DNA from: Octopus sinensis
Lineage: Eukaryota
DNA length: 64,000 bases
Assembly: GCF_006345805.1 (NCBI RefSeq)
Contig: NC_042997.1
Location: 148,614,001 to 148,678,000, forward strand
Direction: 5' to 3'
How positions within the stretch are numbered: position 1 is the first letter of the stretch; every line of letters begins with the position of its first letter. The notes beneath the pieces were generated by a model that was not told the DNA's origin, did not search any database, and saw only the letters and a list, made by a program, of their open reading frames with translations. This document shows, piece after piece, positions 40,816 to 52,745 of this stretch. Both the position numbers and the translations under genes were made by a program.

Positions 40816-41137
40816 GTCGATAAAAAAATAACCAATTCAAGATGGAGAATTGACGGAACTATCGGACGTTTGCACACAAGCTTCGGCACTTGTTTTAATA
40901 TTTATTGCTTTCCGGTGTCTAAATCATGCCTTGAAAGAAATGTGTTGCAGACTTAACCCGTCACCTGATTCAACAATACTATCCAGTCGTTTGGCTAACT
41001 CTAATTGTTCGAGAACTTCTGTCTTAGATGTTTGTGCATAATAAGTCTGAATGTCAGTAGCCCTATGAGGGACCATAGGCACTGCCTTTCCTCAGGATAT
41101 GAAAGATAAGCTCGCACCCAACCACTCATAGTTCCTC

Positions 41138-41168
<31 letters not shown>

Positions 41169-41204
41169 TGTATCCCTGTACGTGCATATATATATATATA
41201 TTTT

Positions 41205-41314
41205 TATTATATTAAATTAGAGACAAAACCACTATTAGGCAAATCAAACAATGAAAAACTTAAGCCATTGTTTGATTTGCCTAACAGTGGTTTTGTCTCT
41301 AATTTAATATAATA
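41205..41314. repeat. Hairpin with 49 bp arms and 12 nt loop, in a (TA)n-flanked insert (41200-41405)
   Basis: 41205-41253 is the reverse complement of 41266-41314 with one mismatch. Confidence 0.9.
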
Positions 41315-41398
41315 TAACATTTTACTATAAAATTGGATTCAATCCTAAATCTGATTTTTCCCTGTAAGTTTGGATTTATTCCCTAATATTTATTATTA

Positions 41399-41431
<33 letters not shown>

Positions 41432-41436
<5 letters not shown>

Positions 41437-42230
41437 GGTATTTGGGCTAAGTTTATTGATTTTTCTATGTCGCATTTTCAGGAAAAGCCTTGTAGAACAT
41501 AAGGATTATTCACGTTCTAGTTCAGAAAAATGCGGACGTTATGACTGCTGCTCAGTTCTTTGTTAACACAAAGACGTCATATGCACGTCATGAACAACAA
41601 GTTCCCCCAAACTGTTGTGGTTTCTGTGTATGTGTGTCGAGTGAGGGTGACATCATGCCGCCCCACAACTTGAATAGAGCATTAGGCTTTGTAATGCTAT
41701 CTGGAGACTGTTGTCAAATCTTGGCTGGAGAGGGTTGCTGTTGGAAGTAATGTGTGGTTTCAGGATTTGGTTCCTTTCTACACTCGCGGAAAGAGTGAGA
41801 AGTAGTTGTCGGAGAATTTCTACGATTTAATCCACTCCGATTTATGTCCTAACTCCCCTGATTTTAACCTTATGGTTAAACCAAAGTTTGTAAGATACTT
41901 GTATAATATTTAATTTCAACCAGTCATTGACGTCTATTGAGTTAAAAAGGTATGGTTGAGAAAGATATCAACCGTTTTGCCTGTAACCCAAAGTCCGCTG
42001 ATAGCCAAGAGCAAGGAGGAGTTCAAATATCTTCCCAAAAAGATAGCGAAGAAAGCATGCGCAGGTTTAGAATCCGTGTTGAGGCTGTAGTAGAAGCAGA
42101 TAACGGCTTCTTTCCTAACCGTAATCTAGATGATATTTTTTTGATTTTTAAAAACACTTATAGTCTTCATTAGGATATTGTGCTTACTTTTCCTTTAACG
42201 TAAACTAATTGAACCTAAACACCCTGCATA
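41432..42230 (+). mobile_element. mariner/maT-type DNA transposon remnant with degenerate TIRs
   Basis: QDLVPFYTRGKSEK*LSENFYDLIHSDLCPNSPDFNLM resembles QDSAP.H...WPPNSPDLNP.D. Ends tacatggtatttgggct / aacctaaacaccctgca. Confidence 0.7.
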
Positions 42231-42285
42231 CATACATAAAACAAACATACATATATGTATGTATATGTATATCTATCTATCTATC

Positions 42286-42379
<94 letters not shown>

Positions 42380-43083
42380 TTATGTATGTATATATGTGTG
42401 TGTGTGTGTGTGTATATATATATGTATGTATGCTAGTATGTAATGTATGTATAAGTGGGTGCTATGATTGCTGGTACTTTGTGTTTTTCCTCTCACCTTT
42501 AAGTAGGAAGTATGAGTAAAAGAATTTTGTATGAAATTGATTTCAGGTCTCCCTACCTATTTCGTGACGTGCCAAAATATGGGAGTGTCAGACAGCAAAT
42601 TCTTTTTCAATTGTATTCTGTTCTTCGGTCAGATTGCAGATGAGAAACACAAAAAAGTTCTCAAAATACAAATGGCATATGAAACTAAGAGTTACTAATT
42701 TTCATATTAAATGAGTCGTTCGTTATCGACAAAGAAAACGTACAGATGTTGTAAGTTACATACCGTAAAAACTGAAGAGAAAATTCACTTCGAAACTAAA
42801 AGCATGTGGAGGTCTCAGATGTTTACAAAGTGTTTACGATATCGGAAATTCATGTCCAGCTGTTCAGTCAAAGGAATTTACATTAACGCTAAATGAAGCT
42901 ACCAGGAACACGAACTTTAATTGGAAACTGAATCATGTCTGCCATGTATTGCTTAATATTGTGTCGTCTGATATTTATTCGCGTATGAAAAATAAAGTAA
43001 CGTTATTTTAAATTCTCCAAATGTGCATCTAATACCCGCGCGCGTACACACATACACAAACACACGCATATATATATATGTGT

Positions 43084-43162
<79 letters not shown>

Positions 43163-44155
43163 ATATACATACATACACACAAACGCACAGATAGACACAT
43201 GTATATATTTTATAAATGTATTGTGTGAATGGTCGCGTATGCGTATGGGTTTTTAAAAACTATTTTGTTTGTTGCTCTGAAAAACAAATGCTATTTTATT
43301 CTTTTAATAAAAGTTTGAAAATTAAAATGAAATTCAAGAATTGCGTAAAATATTTTATTTTAATTTCGTGCATGGGAAGAAGATATTACTTTTAAGTAAA
43401 AACGAAATTAATCTTATCCAGGATGAGATTAAATAAATATAATTTTAATTTCTTTTGAGGATACTTGTGGCAAGCAGGAACAATATCCTTGATCGTTAAA
43501 AGCCGTGAACAAAATTACTCTTAATAATATAGTGCGTCAACAAGCTGGAAAAATTCTGCCTTCAATCATCCCTTGGAGGATAGATATAAGATCAATTATC
43601 TCTAAGTGAAAACTGTTTCCGAATCACACACTTCCTACAAATATAAATAGTTATTACTCACGTGCATACAAGATATTTGCTATGCTATTTTGAAATGTTT
43701 TAACAGCTTCTCAGATCATTGTGTTAAAATAGAAACATTAAAAAATTGTTTACACTTTCACTTGGTTGTCATGAATTTCTACACTTGTATGTTAATATTA
43801 TGCTGGCTACATCATCTAACAACATCAATGCAGGTTTAAAATTTATTTATTTTTCAATTAACATTTATTCGACGCTTAAGAAGTGCACTTTTGTTCCCGG
43901 AAAACAAGGGATCATATCACAAAACTTCATTAGTTATTTAGAATTTTCCTATTAACATCTCGTATACACACATCAAGTTACAAATGTTTCAAGCCATATG
44001 ATTATGGTAGATGTTGATAGCTAATTATGGTGTCGTCCACGACAAAAGACGCAATATATCATAGTGTACAAGCTGTACTCCGAGCGGCAAGGCAAATCGT
44101 AGGCAAGCAATCCGTTACGTGGGTTTCAACGTGGTGGGAGCGGCGCCAGAAAAGC

Positions 44156-44184
<29 letters not shown>

Positions 44185-44189
<5 letters not shown>

Positions 44190-44606
44190 TCAAAATAAAA
44201 ACATGATGCTAAGAATTCAGCGGTACATATGTTTCGGGCCTTTATGAGACGGATTTATAACAATGCATAATGTGTGTCTATGGCCTTCTTCAGTCGCGCA
44301 CAATTACTATTTCAAGGACATGTATTACATCAAAAATTCTACGTTGGGGATGCAAATCCTCTCAGTCGCTTACGACATAATGTGGCGTACGAAATAATGC
44401 TGGTGCCACATTATGTCGTATGCGACTGAGAGTATTTGCATCCCCAACGTAGAATTTTTGATGTAAGACATGTCCTTGAAGTAGTAACTGTGCGCGGCTG
44501 AAGAAGGCCATAGACACACATTATGCATTGTTATAAATCCGTCTAGTAAAGACCCGAAACATATGTACCGCTGAATTCTTGGCATCATGTTTTTATTTTG
44601 ATTAAT
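44185..44606. repeat. Fold-back inverted repeat (202 bp arms, 18 nt spacer, about 10 mismatches) adjacent to (TA)n
   Basis: 44185-44386 is the ungapped reverse complement of 44405-44606. Confidence 0.95.
44494..44571 (+). ncRNA. Type I hammerhead ribozyme motif (mirror copy on minus strand at 44220-44297)
   Basis: gcgg CTGAAGA aggcca-tagac...gtcta...gaccc GAAA CATATGT a ccgc. Stem III is the palindrome ACATATGT and the triplet is GTA. Confidence 0.8.
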
Positions 44607-44720
44607 TTACTTCACCACATACACCATCAAATGGTATATACAGGTGCTTACAATTATCAAGTACTCACCCTGAAGTTACATATATATATATATCATATAT
44701 ATATATATATATATATAGCA

Positions 44721-44788
<68 letters not shown>

Positions 44789-44884
44789 GATACGAAAAGG
44801 TTTGCTTCGAAACGACATTGTTCCAGGTTTAATCCTACCGCGTGAAACATTGAGCAATCGTCTTCTGTTATAGATTCGGGTCCA

Positions 44885-45215
44885 CCGAAGCCCCATGAGC
44901 GGATTTATTAGACGGAAACTAAAAAAAGCCCTGTCGTATTATGTATATATGTTCATATATACGTGTGTGTCTTTGTGCATGTGCTTGCCCCCTCCCCCAA
45001 AGTGTTTGCTCCCTCCCCACCGATGCCGGTTGAAAACCGGTATTGGTGGGTTTACGTTCCCGTAAAGCAGCAGTTCGAAATAGGGAACGCAAGAATAAGT
45101 ACCAGGCTTAAAAATAAGAGAGAATAAATCATGGTATCGATTTGTTTGACTAAATCCTTTCAAGGTAGTCCTCTCGCATGGCCGCACTAAAATGACAAAA
45201 ATAAGTAAAGGAATA
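44885..45215 (+). mobile_element. 5'-truncated degenerate CORE-like SINE
   Basis: ggatttattagacggaaactaaaaaaagcc...gcatggccgcactaaaatgacaaaaataagtaaagga. Confidence 0.7.
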
Positions 45216-45219
45216 ATAT

Positions 45220-45430
45220 GTGACCTCGTGAATACCGCTGGCGATTTTTTTCCTCTGTCTTCCCTTCTCGGAATCTTTCCTTCTCCTATGTTTCCGACGA
45301 AGAGCTCCGCTCGAAACGTTAAACCCTCCTTCTTCTCTTCTTTCCAGACCGTCCAATAATACTTTATTTGTTCAACGTCCTCGCGTGTTGTTGTGTCTTT
45401 TTTTGTGTCTTCTTGTTTGGATTAACTTTA
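45220..45430 (+). mobile_element. Penelope-like 3' terminal fragment with minimal HHR-like motif (45290-45324)
   Basis: Motif identical to 24621-24655; followed by (TA)n. Confidence 0.7.
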
Positions 45431-45451
45431 TATATATATATATATATATAA

Positions 45452-45524
<73 letters not shown>

Positions 45525-48500
45525 TTATATATAGAGGGCATAATTATATCATACATGCCAGGAGGCATTATATATACCTGCCAACGCTAAGAGGGACAAT
45601 CAGTCATTTCTACCAAAATATTACTAATCCCACCGAATGCAATTTTTCAAAGTAAGACATTTAAATATATAGGCCTGTATCACAGTGATTTTATACTTAC
45701 GTAATCATCAGCAGGCCTGAATGTATTATAAATAAACAACGACCCTGCCTCGCTTAAGCCGAACAGCTAACTGATCAACATCAACGAAGCACGGGGAGTT
45801 TATATATATTACATCCGGGTGAATGGCAAACTTTTACAAAATTGCATTTCGGGAGAGGAAAAGTTTTTCGGAATAAAAATTTTGCAATTAAGGACAACTA
45901 TTAATAAGGAAAACTTAACAAGAAATTGTCAGGTAGATAGCGTAAAAACCTCATAAGAGAAAAAAATTCGAAAATAATTATTCTTATTGAACATATAATT
46001 TATATATAGAGGGCATAATTATACATACATGCCAGGAGGCATTATATATACCTGCCAAACGCTAAGGGGACAATCAGTCATTTCTACCAAAAATATTACT
46101 AATCCCACCGAATGCAATTTTTCAAAGTAAGACATTTAAAAATATATAGGCCGTATCACAGTGATTTCATACTTACGTAATCATCAGCAGGCCTGAATGT
46201 ATTATAAATAAACAACGACCCTGCCTCGCTTAAGCCGAACAGCTAACTGATCAACATCAACGAAGCACATGGGTGAGTTTAATATATATTACATCCGGGT
46301 GAATGGCAAACTTATACAAAATTGCATTCGGGAGAGGAAAAGTTTTTTCGGAATAAAAATTTTGCAATTAAGGACAACTACTTAATAAGGAAAACTTAAC
46401 AAGAAATTGTCAGTAGATAGCGTAAAAACCTCATAAGAGAAAAAATTTCGAAAATAATTATTTCTTATTGAACATATTAATTTATATATAGAGGGCATAA
46501 TTATACATACATGCCAGGAGGCATTATATATACTGCCAAACGCTAAGAGGGACAATCAGTCATTTCTACCAAAAATATTACTAATCCCACCGAATGCAAT
46601 TTTTCAAAGTAAGACATTAAAAATATATAGGCCTGTATCACAGTGATTTCATACTTACGTAATCATCAGCAGGCCTGAATGTATTATAAATAAACAACGC
46701 CCTGCCTCGCTTAAGCCGAACAGCTAACTGATCAACATCAACGAAGCACATGGGTGAGTTTATATATATTACATCCGGGTGAATGGCAAACTTTTACAAA
46801 ATTGCATTTCGGGAGAGGAAAAGTTTTTCGGAATAAAAATTTTGCAATTAAGGACAACTACTTAATAAGGAAAACTTAACAAGAAATTGTCAGGTAGATA
46901 GCGTTAAAACCTCATAAGAGAAAAAAATTCGAAAATAATTATTTCTTATTGAACATATTAATTTATATATAGAGGGCATAATTATACATACATGCCAGGA
47001 GGCATTATATATAACTGCCAAACGCTAAGAGGGACAATCAGTCATTTCTACCAAAAATATTACTAATCCCAACGAATGCAATTTTTCAAAGTAAGACATT
47101 TAAAAATATAGGCCTGTATCACAGTGATTTCATACTTACGTAATCATCAGCAGCCTGAATGTATTATAAATAAACAACGACCCTGCCTCGCTTAAGCCGA
47201 ACAGCTAACTGATCAACATCAACGAAGCACATGGGTGAGTTTATATATTACATCCGGGTGAATGGCAAACTTTTACAAAATTGCATTTCGGGAGAGAAAA
47301 GTTTTTTCGGAATAAAAATTTTGCATTAAGGACAACTACTTAATAAGGAAAACTTAACAAGAAATTGTCAGGTAGATAGCGTAAAAACTCATAAGAGAAA
47401 AAATTTCGAAAATAATTATTTCTTATTGAACATATTAATTTATATATAGAGGGCATAATTATACATACATGCCAGGAGGCATTATATATACCTGCCAAAC
47501 GCTAAGAGGGACAATCAGTCATTTTACCAAAAATTACTAATCCCAACGAATGCAATTTTTCAAAGTAAGACATTTAAAAATATATAGGCCTGTATCACAG
47601 TGATTTCATACTTACGTAATCATCAGCAGGCCTGAATGTATATAAATAAACGACGACCCTGCCTCGCTTAAGCCGAACAGCTAACTGATCAACATCAACG
47701 AAGCACATGGGTGAGTTTATATATATTACATCCGGGTGAATGGCAAACTTTTACAAAATTGCATTTCGGGAGAGGAAAAGATTTTTCGGAATAAAAATTT
47801 TGCAATTAAGGACAACTACTTAATAAGGAAAACTTAACAAGAAATTGTCAGGTAGATAGCGTAAAAACCTCATAAGAGAAAAAATTTCGAAAAATTATTT
47901 CTATTGAACATATTAATTTATATATAGAGGGCATAATTATACATACATGACAGGAGGCATTATATAACCTGCCAAACGCTAAGAGGGACAATCAGTCATT
48001 TCTACCAAAAATATTACTAATCCCACCGAATGCAATTTTTCAAAGTAAGACATTTAAAAATATATAGGCCTGTATCACAGTGATTTCATACTTACGTAAT
48101 CATCAGCAGGCCTGAATGTATTATAAATAAACAACGACCCTGCTCGCTTAAGCCGAACAGCTAACTGATCAACATCAACGAAGCACATGGGTGAGTTTAT
48201 ATATATTACATCCGGGTGAATGGCAAACTTTTACCAAAATTGCATTTCGGGAGAGGAAAAGTTTTTTCGGAATAAAAATTTTGCAATTAAGGACAACTAC
48301 TTAATAAGGAAAACTTAACAAGAAATTGTCAGGAGATAGCGTAAAAACCTCATAAGAGAAAAAATTTCGAAAATAATTATTTTTATTGAACATATTAATT
48401 TATATATAGAGGCATAATTATACATACATGCCAGGAGGCATTATAATACCTGCCAAACGCTAAGAGGGACAATCAGTCATTTCTACCAAAATATTACTAA

Positions 48501-49500
48501 TCCCACCGAATGCAATTTTTCAAAGTAAGACATTTAAAAATATATAGGCCTGTATCACAGTGATTTCATACTTACGTAATCATCAGCAGGCCTGAATGTA
48601 TTATAAATAAAAACATATAATATAAACTCACCCATGTGCTTCGTTGATGTTGATCAGTTAGCTGTCGGCTTAGCGAGGCAGGGTCGTTGTTTATTTATAA
48701 TACATTCAGGCCTGCTGATGATTACGTAAGTATGAAATCACTGTGATACAGGCCTATATATTTTTAAATGTCTTACTTTGAAAAATTGCATTCGGTGGGG
48801 ATTTAGTAATATTTTGGTAGAAATGACTGATTGTCCCTCTTAGCGTTTGGCAGGTATATATAATGCCTCCTGGCATGTATGTATAATTATGCCCTCTATA
48901 TATAAATTAATATGTTCAATAAGAAATAATTATTTTCGAAATTTTTTCTCTTATGAGGTTTTACGCTATCTACCTGACAATTTCTTGTTAAGTTTTCCTA
49001 TTAAGTAGTTGTCCTTAATTGCAAAATTTTTATTCCGAAAAAACTTTTCCTCTCCCGAAATGCAATTGTGATAAGTTTGCCATTCACCCGGATGTAATAT
49101 ATATAAACTCACCCATGTGCTTCGTTGATGTTGATCAGTTAGCTGTTCGGCTTAAGCGAGGCAGGGTCGTGTTTATTTATATACATTCAGGCCTGCTGAT
49201 GATTACGTAAGTATGAAATCACTGTGATACAGGCCTATATATTTTTAATGTCTTACTTTGAAAAATTGCATTCGGTGGGATTAGTAATATTTTGGTAGAA
49301 ATGACTGATTGTCCCTCTTAGCGTTGGCAGGTATATATAATGCCTCCTGGCATGTATGTATAATTATGCCCTCTATATATAAATTAATATGTTCAATAAG
49401 AAATAATTATTTTCGAAATTTTTTCTCTTATGAGGTTTTTACGCTATCTACCTGACAATTTCTTGTTAAGTTTTCCTTATTAAGTAGTTGTCCTTAATTG

Positions 49501-49503
<3 letters not shown>
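45525..49503. mobile_element. Retrozyme-like tandem array: 6 full + 1 partial ~480 bp monomers, then ~1.8 inverted monomers; one HHR per monomer; (TA)n on both flanks
   Basis: Unit marker agag(g)gcataatt at 45533, 46008, 46490, 46971, 47448, 47926 and 48408; orientation flips at ~48615. Confidence 0.92.
48708..48755 (+). ncRNA. Minimal type I hammerhead ribozyme, representative of 9 copies in the array
   Basis: aggcctg CTGATGA t-tac-GTAA-gta-t GAAA TCAC-t-GTGAT a caggcct. Second plus copy at 49189-49236. Minus copies at 45671-45718, 46148-46194, 46629-46676, 47110-47156, 47586-47633, 48066-48113 and 48546-48593. Confidence 0.85.
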
Positions 49504-49535
<32 letters not shown>

Positions 49536-49614
49536 TGAAGTCAATAACAGCATTCAGCAGAATATAATTCTTAGTCATCAATGTAATGTACATATATATG
49601 TATATATGTTATAG

Positions 49615-49780
49615 CATCAGGTGTGGCTGTGTCGTAAAAAGCAGACTTCCAAACCTCATGGTTCCCTCGTCAGTTCTACTGCGCGGAAACTTAGGCTAGT
49701 CTTTTTACTATAGCCTCGGTCTGACCCAAGATTTGCAAGTGAATATATTAGGCGGAAACTGAAAGTAGCCCGTCATATAC
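49615..49780 (+). mobile_element. 5' half of a degenerate CORE-like SINE
   Basis: ggtgtggctgtgtcgtaa...tactatagcctcggtctgacccaag...ggcggaaactgaaagtagcccgtc. Confidence 0.7.
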
Positions 49781-49965
49781 CTTTATAGAGTCAGCCACAA
49801 CCCCCAGCAACGACGACGATACAAAACTATAGCAGACGGTCAAGGATTCTACCGACATCATAACACATGGGCTACTGGGCGAGATTAAAGGAACTGGGAG
49901 TCCACTACCTGGAGATATGTGAGCGATATGTAGTGCTATACATATGGAAATTAATGGAGGGTCTA

Positions 49966-50123
49966 CGCCATATGCCCATGGTCATATGCCGTAGTGGTTA
50001 AGAGCGAGGGCTACTAGCCCCAAGATTCCGAGTTCGATAACAGGCAGTTACCTGAATAATAATAATAATAATAGTAATAATAATAATAATAATAATAAAA
50101 TAATAATATAATAATGATGATGA

Positions 50124-50185
<62 letters not shown>

Positions 50186-50200
50186 TAATAATAATAATAA

Positions 50201-50234
<34 letters not shown>

Positions 50235-51816
50235 GTAATTTAAAAATAATAATAATAATAATGATAATAAAATAATAATAATAACAAGAACAAACATACA
50301 AATATTTAGGGATAAATGAAGGCTCTGGTATTCAGCATGCAAGCATGAAAGAGAAATTCAGGAAGGAATGTTATAGGAGAGTTCGTGCAGTCCTGAATCT
50401 GAACTAAATGCACGTAACAGGTGTTAGCTATAAATTCCTTAGCAGTTCCAGTTGTTACTTATAGCTACAATGTGTTGAACTGGAATATGAGTGAAGTAAA
50501 GAATATAGATAGGAAAATACGCAAGCTGCTGAGTTGTAATAGGATGCCACCACCCAAAGGCAGACGTAGATCGCCTTTACCTTCCCAGAGCCCAAGGAGG
50601 TCGAGGCCTGATCCAATTTGAACTAGCTTACAAAACAACCACAATTGGACTGGCCAAATATCTCGAAATATCGAATGACTGGATGCTAAAGCTCGTGGAA
50701 AATCACGAGAGACGAAAGAAGCTTCATTCTATCATCAAGGGAAAGCAAAAAATTTGCTATTGATCTCGTGCAGGACACCCAAACTGAACAACCCGAGGGA
50801 AGTACGGCAACTATTGTTGCAAAGAAGGTGAAAATGATGGCAATGAAAAAAGCGCACGAGCAATTGGCTGATAGGTGGGAGGAGAAACCTCTGCACGGCA
50901 AATATGTGATCCGCAGCAAACAAGCTGATGTTGACCAGAAGCATACCCATCAGTGGCTACGGAGCTCAGGGCTAAAAGCAGAGAGCGAAGGTTTCATCCT
51001 GGCTGCTCAAGATCAAAGCCTATTAACCCGGAACTACCAGGCCAATGTGATGAAAAATGGAGCAGACCCAAAATGCCGATTCTGCAACGACATGATTGAA
51101 ACAGTGGACCACCTAATCTCTGGATGTAAAGTCTTAGCACCAGTGGAGTATAAATTAAGACATGACAGAGTTGGCCAATATCTCCACTGGCTAATAAGTC
51201 GGCATTACAATATCAAAACTGCCGACAAGTGGTATAATCACCACCCTGAGGCTGTAACTGAAGGAGAAAATGTAACCATTCTGTGGGACTTTCCAGTACA
51301 TACAGACCGAACCATCAAGGCCAATAAACCAGATATTGTTGTGAAAGACCAAAACAATAAAGTTTGCTTATTGATCGACATGAGCATCCCTGTGATCATA
51401 ATATCTCAGCGAAAGAGTTTGACAAGCTCAGAAAATATAAAGACCTACTCATTGAAATTGAGAAAATGTGGCATCTCAAGGCGGTTACAATACCAGTGAT
51501 CGTAGGAGCACTAGGAATGATCAAGAAGGGAACCGAAAATTATATGAGAATGATCCCTGACTTACCATCCCTGCAAGAAGTGCAAAATATTGTCTTAACT
51601 GGTACATCACACGTATTGAGAAGAGCATTGTCGATGTGAGAACTGTTGCTGCTCATGTATTTTAATTTAACTTAAAAAATAAAAAAAATAAAAAATGAAC
51701 GAACTACTGAGTTTGGTTTAATGGCCTACCAATGTATACTATGAGTTTCTTTGCCCTAGGAGTCGGGAAGACACTCGGCAAGAAATGGAAGCAAATTTGA
51801 AAGAAGAAAAAAAAAA

Positions 51817-51850
<34 letters not shown>

Positions 51851-51876
51851 TAATAATAATAATAATAATAATAATG

Positions 51877-51929
<53 letters not shown>

Positions 51930-51936
51930 CATAGTA

Positions 51937-51977
<41 letters not shown>

Positions 51978-51989
51978 TAATCATAGTAG

Positions 51990-52068
<79 letters not shown>

Positions 52069-52257
52069 CAACAACAACATCGAAAAATACCTTAGGAATG
52101 AGAACTCGGGTTCGAAATTTCCCCCAAGACACCTGATGAAGGCCGGAGGTTATATCAACCAAACCTTTGTGTTAACAACAAACAAGATGAGTACAAATAT
52201 CCCTCAATTGTAAATAATGTAAATAATATACATACTCATCTCTTAAATATAGAAATG
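49966..52257 (+). mobile_element. SINE with tRNA head, internal (AAT)n and HHR-like tail, bounded by a 13 bp TSD and split by a Dong/R4 LINE
   Basis: TSD AATGGAGGGTCTA at 49953-49965 and 52258-52270. Head gccgtagtggttaag...gagttcgat. Tail acac CTGATGA aggccgg...tcaacc aaac ctt t gtgt (52129-52172). Confidence 0.8.
50295..51815 (+). mobile_element. 5'-truncated Dong/R4-clade non-LTR retrotransposon (RT C-terminus, CCHC knuckle, restriction-like endonuclease), frameshifted
   Basis: AINSLAVPVVTYS, LYLPRAQGGRGL, ILAAQDQSL, CRFC..MIETVDHLISGC, RHD, KPDIVV, LIDMSIP, KYKDL, VIVGALG. Inserted in (TAA)n, the known Dong target. Confidence 0.92.
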
Positions 52258-52674
52258 AATGGAGGGTCTAGCTCCAAATTTCGGAATCGAAATCTACAAC
52301 AATCCCCGAACTTGACGGCACTGCACAGTACCAAAGGTCCCATGTTCTCCATCGAGGACACGAACCCAATATTATAATAGCTTGGGATTCTTGAGATCTG
52401 CGAGGGGTAGACATGGAAGTCTTCTAAAAAATGTTTAGACAAAAGTTAAATGCTGTGGTAGATTTATCAAAATGGTACCCCAGCGTGGCCGCTGCCGCAG
52501 GAGCCTAAAAGATATAAAATAACAGATGTGCGTGTATATATTTATATATGTATATACGCATGTATATATATATATACACGCACCCGCACTTACATAACAT
52601 ATATGTATATATATATATATATGGATATATACCTATACATGTATATGTATATAAACATGCACATATACATATAT

Positions 52675-52745
<71 letters not shown>

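Larger units (their letters stand above)
49790..52440 (+). pseudogene. CR1/L2-type LINE 3' ORF2 fragment (49790-49965 + 52258-52440), interrupted by a nested insertion
   Basis: MGYWARLKELGVHYLEICERYVVLYIWKLMEGL continues in frame after the insert as APNFGIEIYNNPRT*RHCTVPKVP...NSLGF. Confidence 0.75.

Noticed and set aside
45525-49503. CRISPR array or plain satellite interpretation
   Set aside because: Units are identical along their whole length with no unique spacers, there are no cas genes and the context is eukaryotic. A plain satellite does not explain the HHR, the inversion and the (TA)n flanks.
50421-51639. Intact host gene or active LINE
   Set aside because: 5'-truncated (no RT catalytic core) and split over several frames, although some frameshifts may be sequencing errors.
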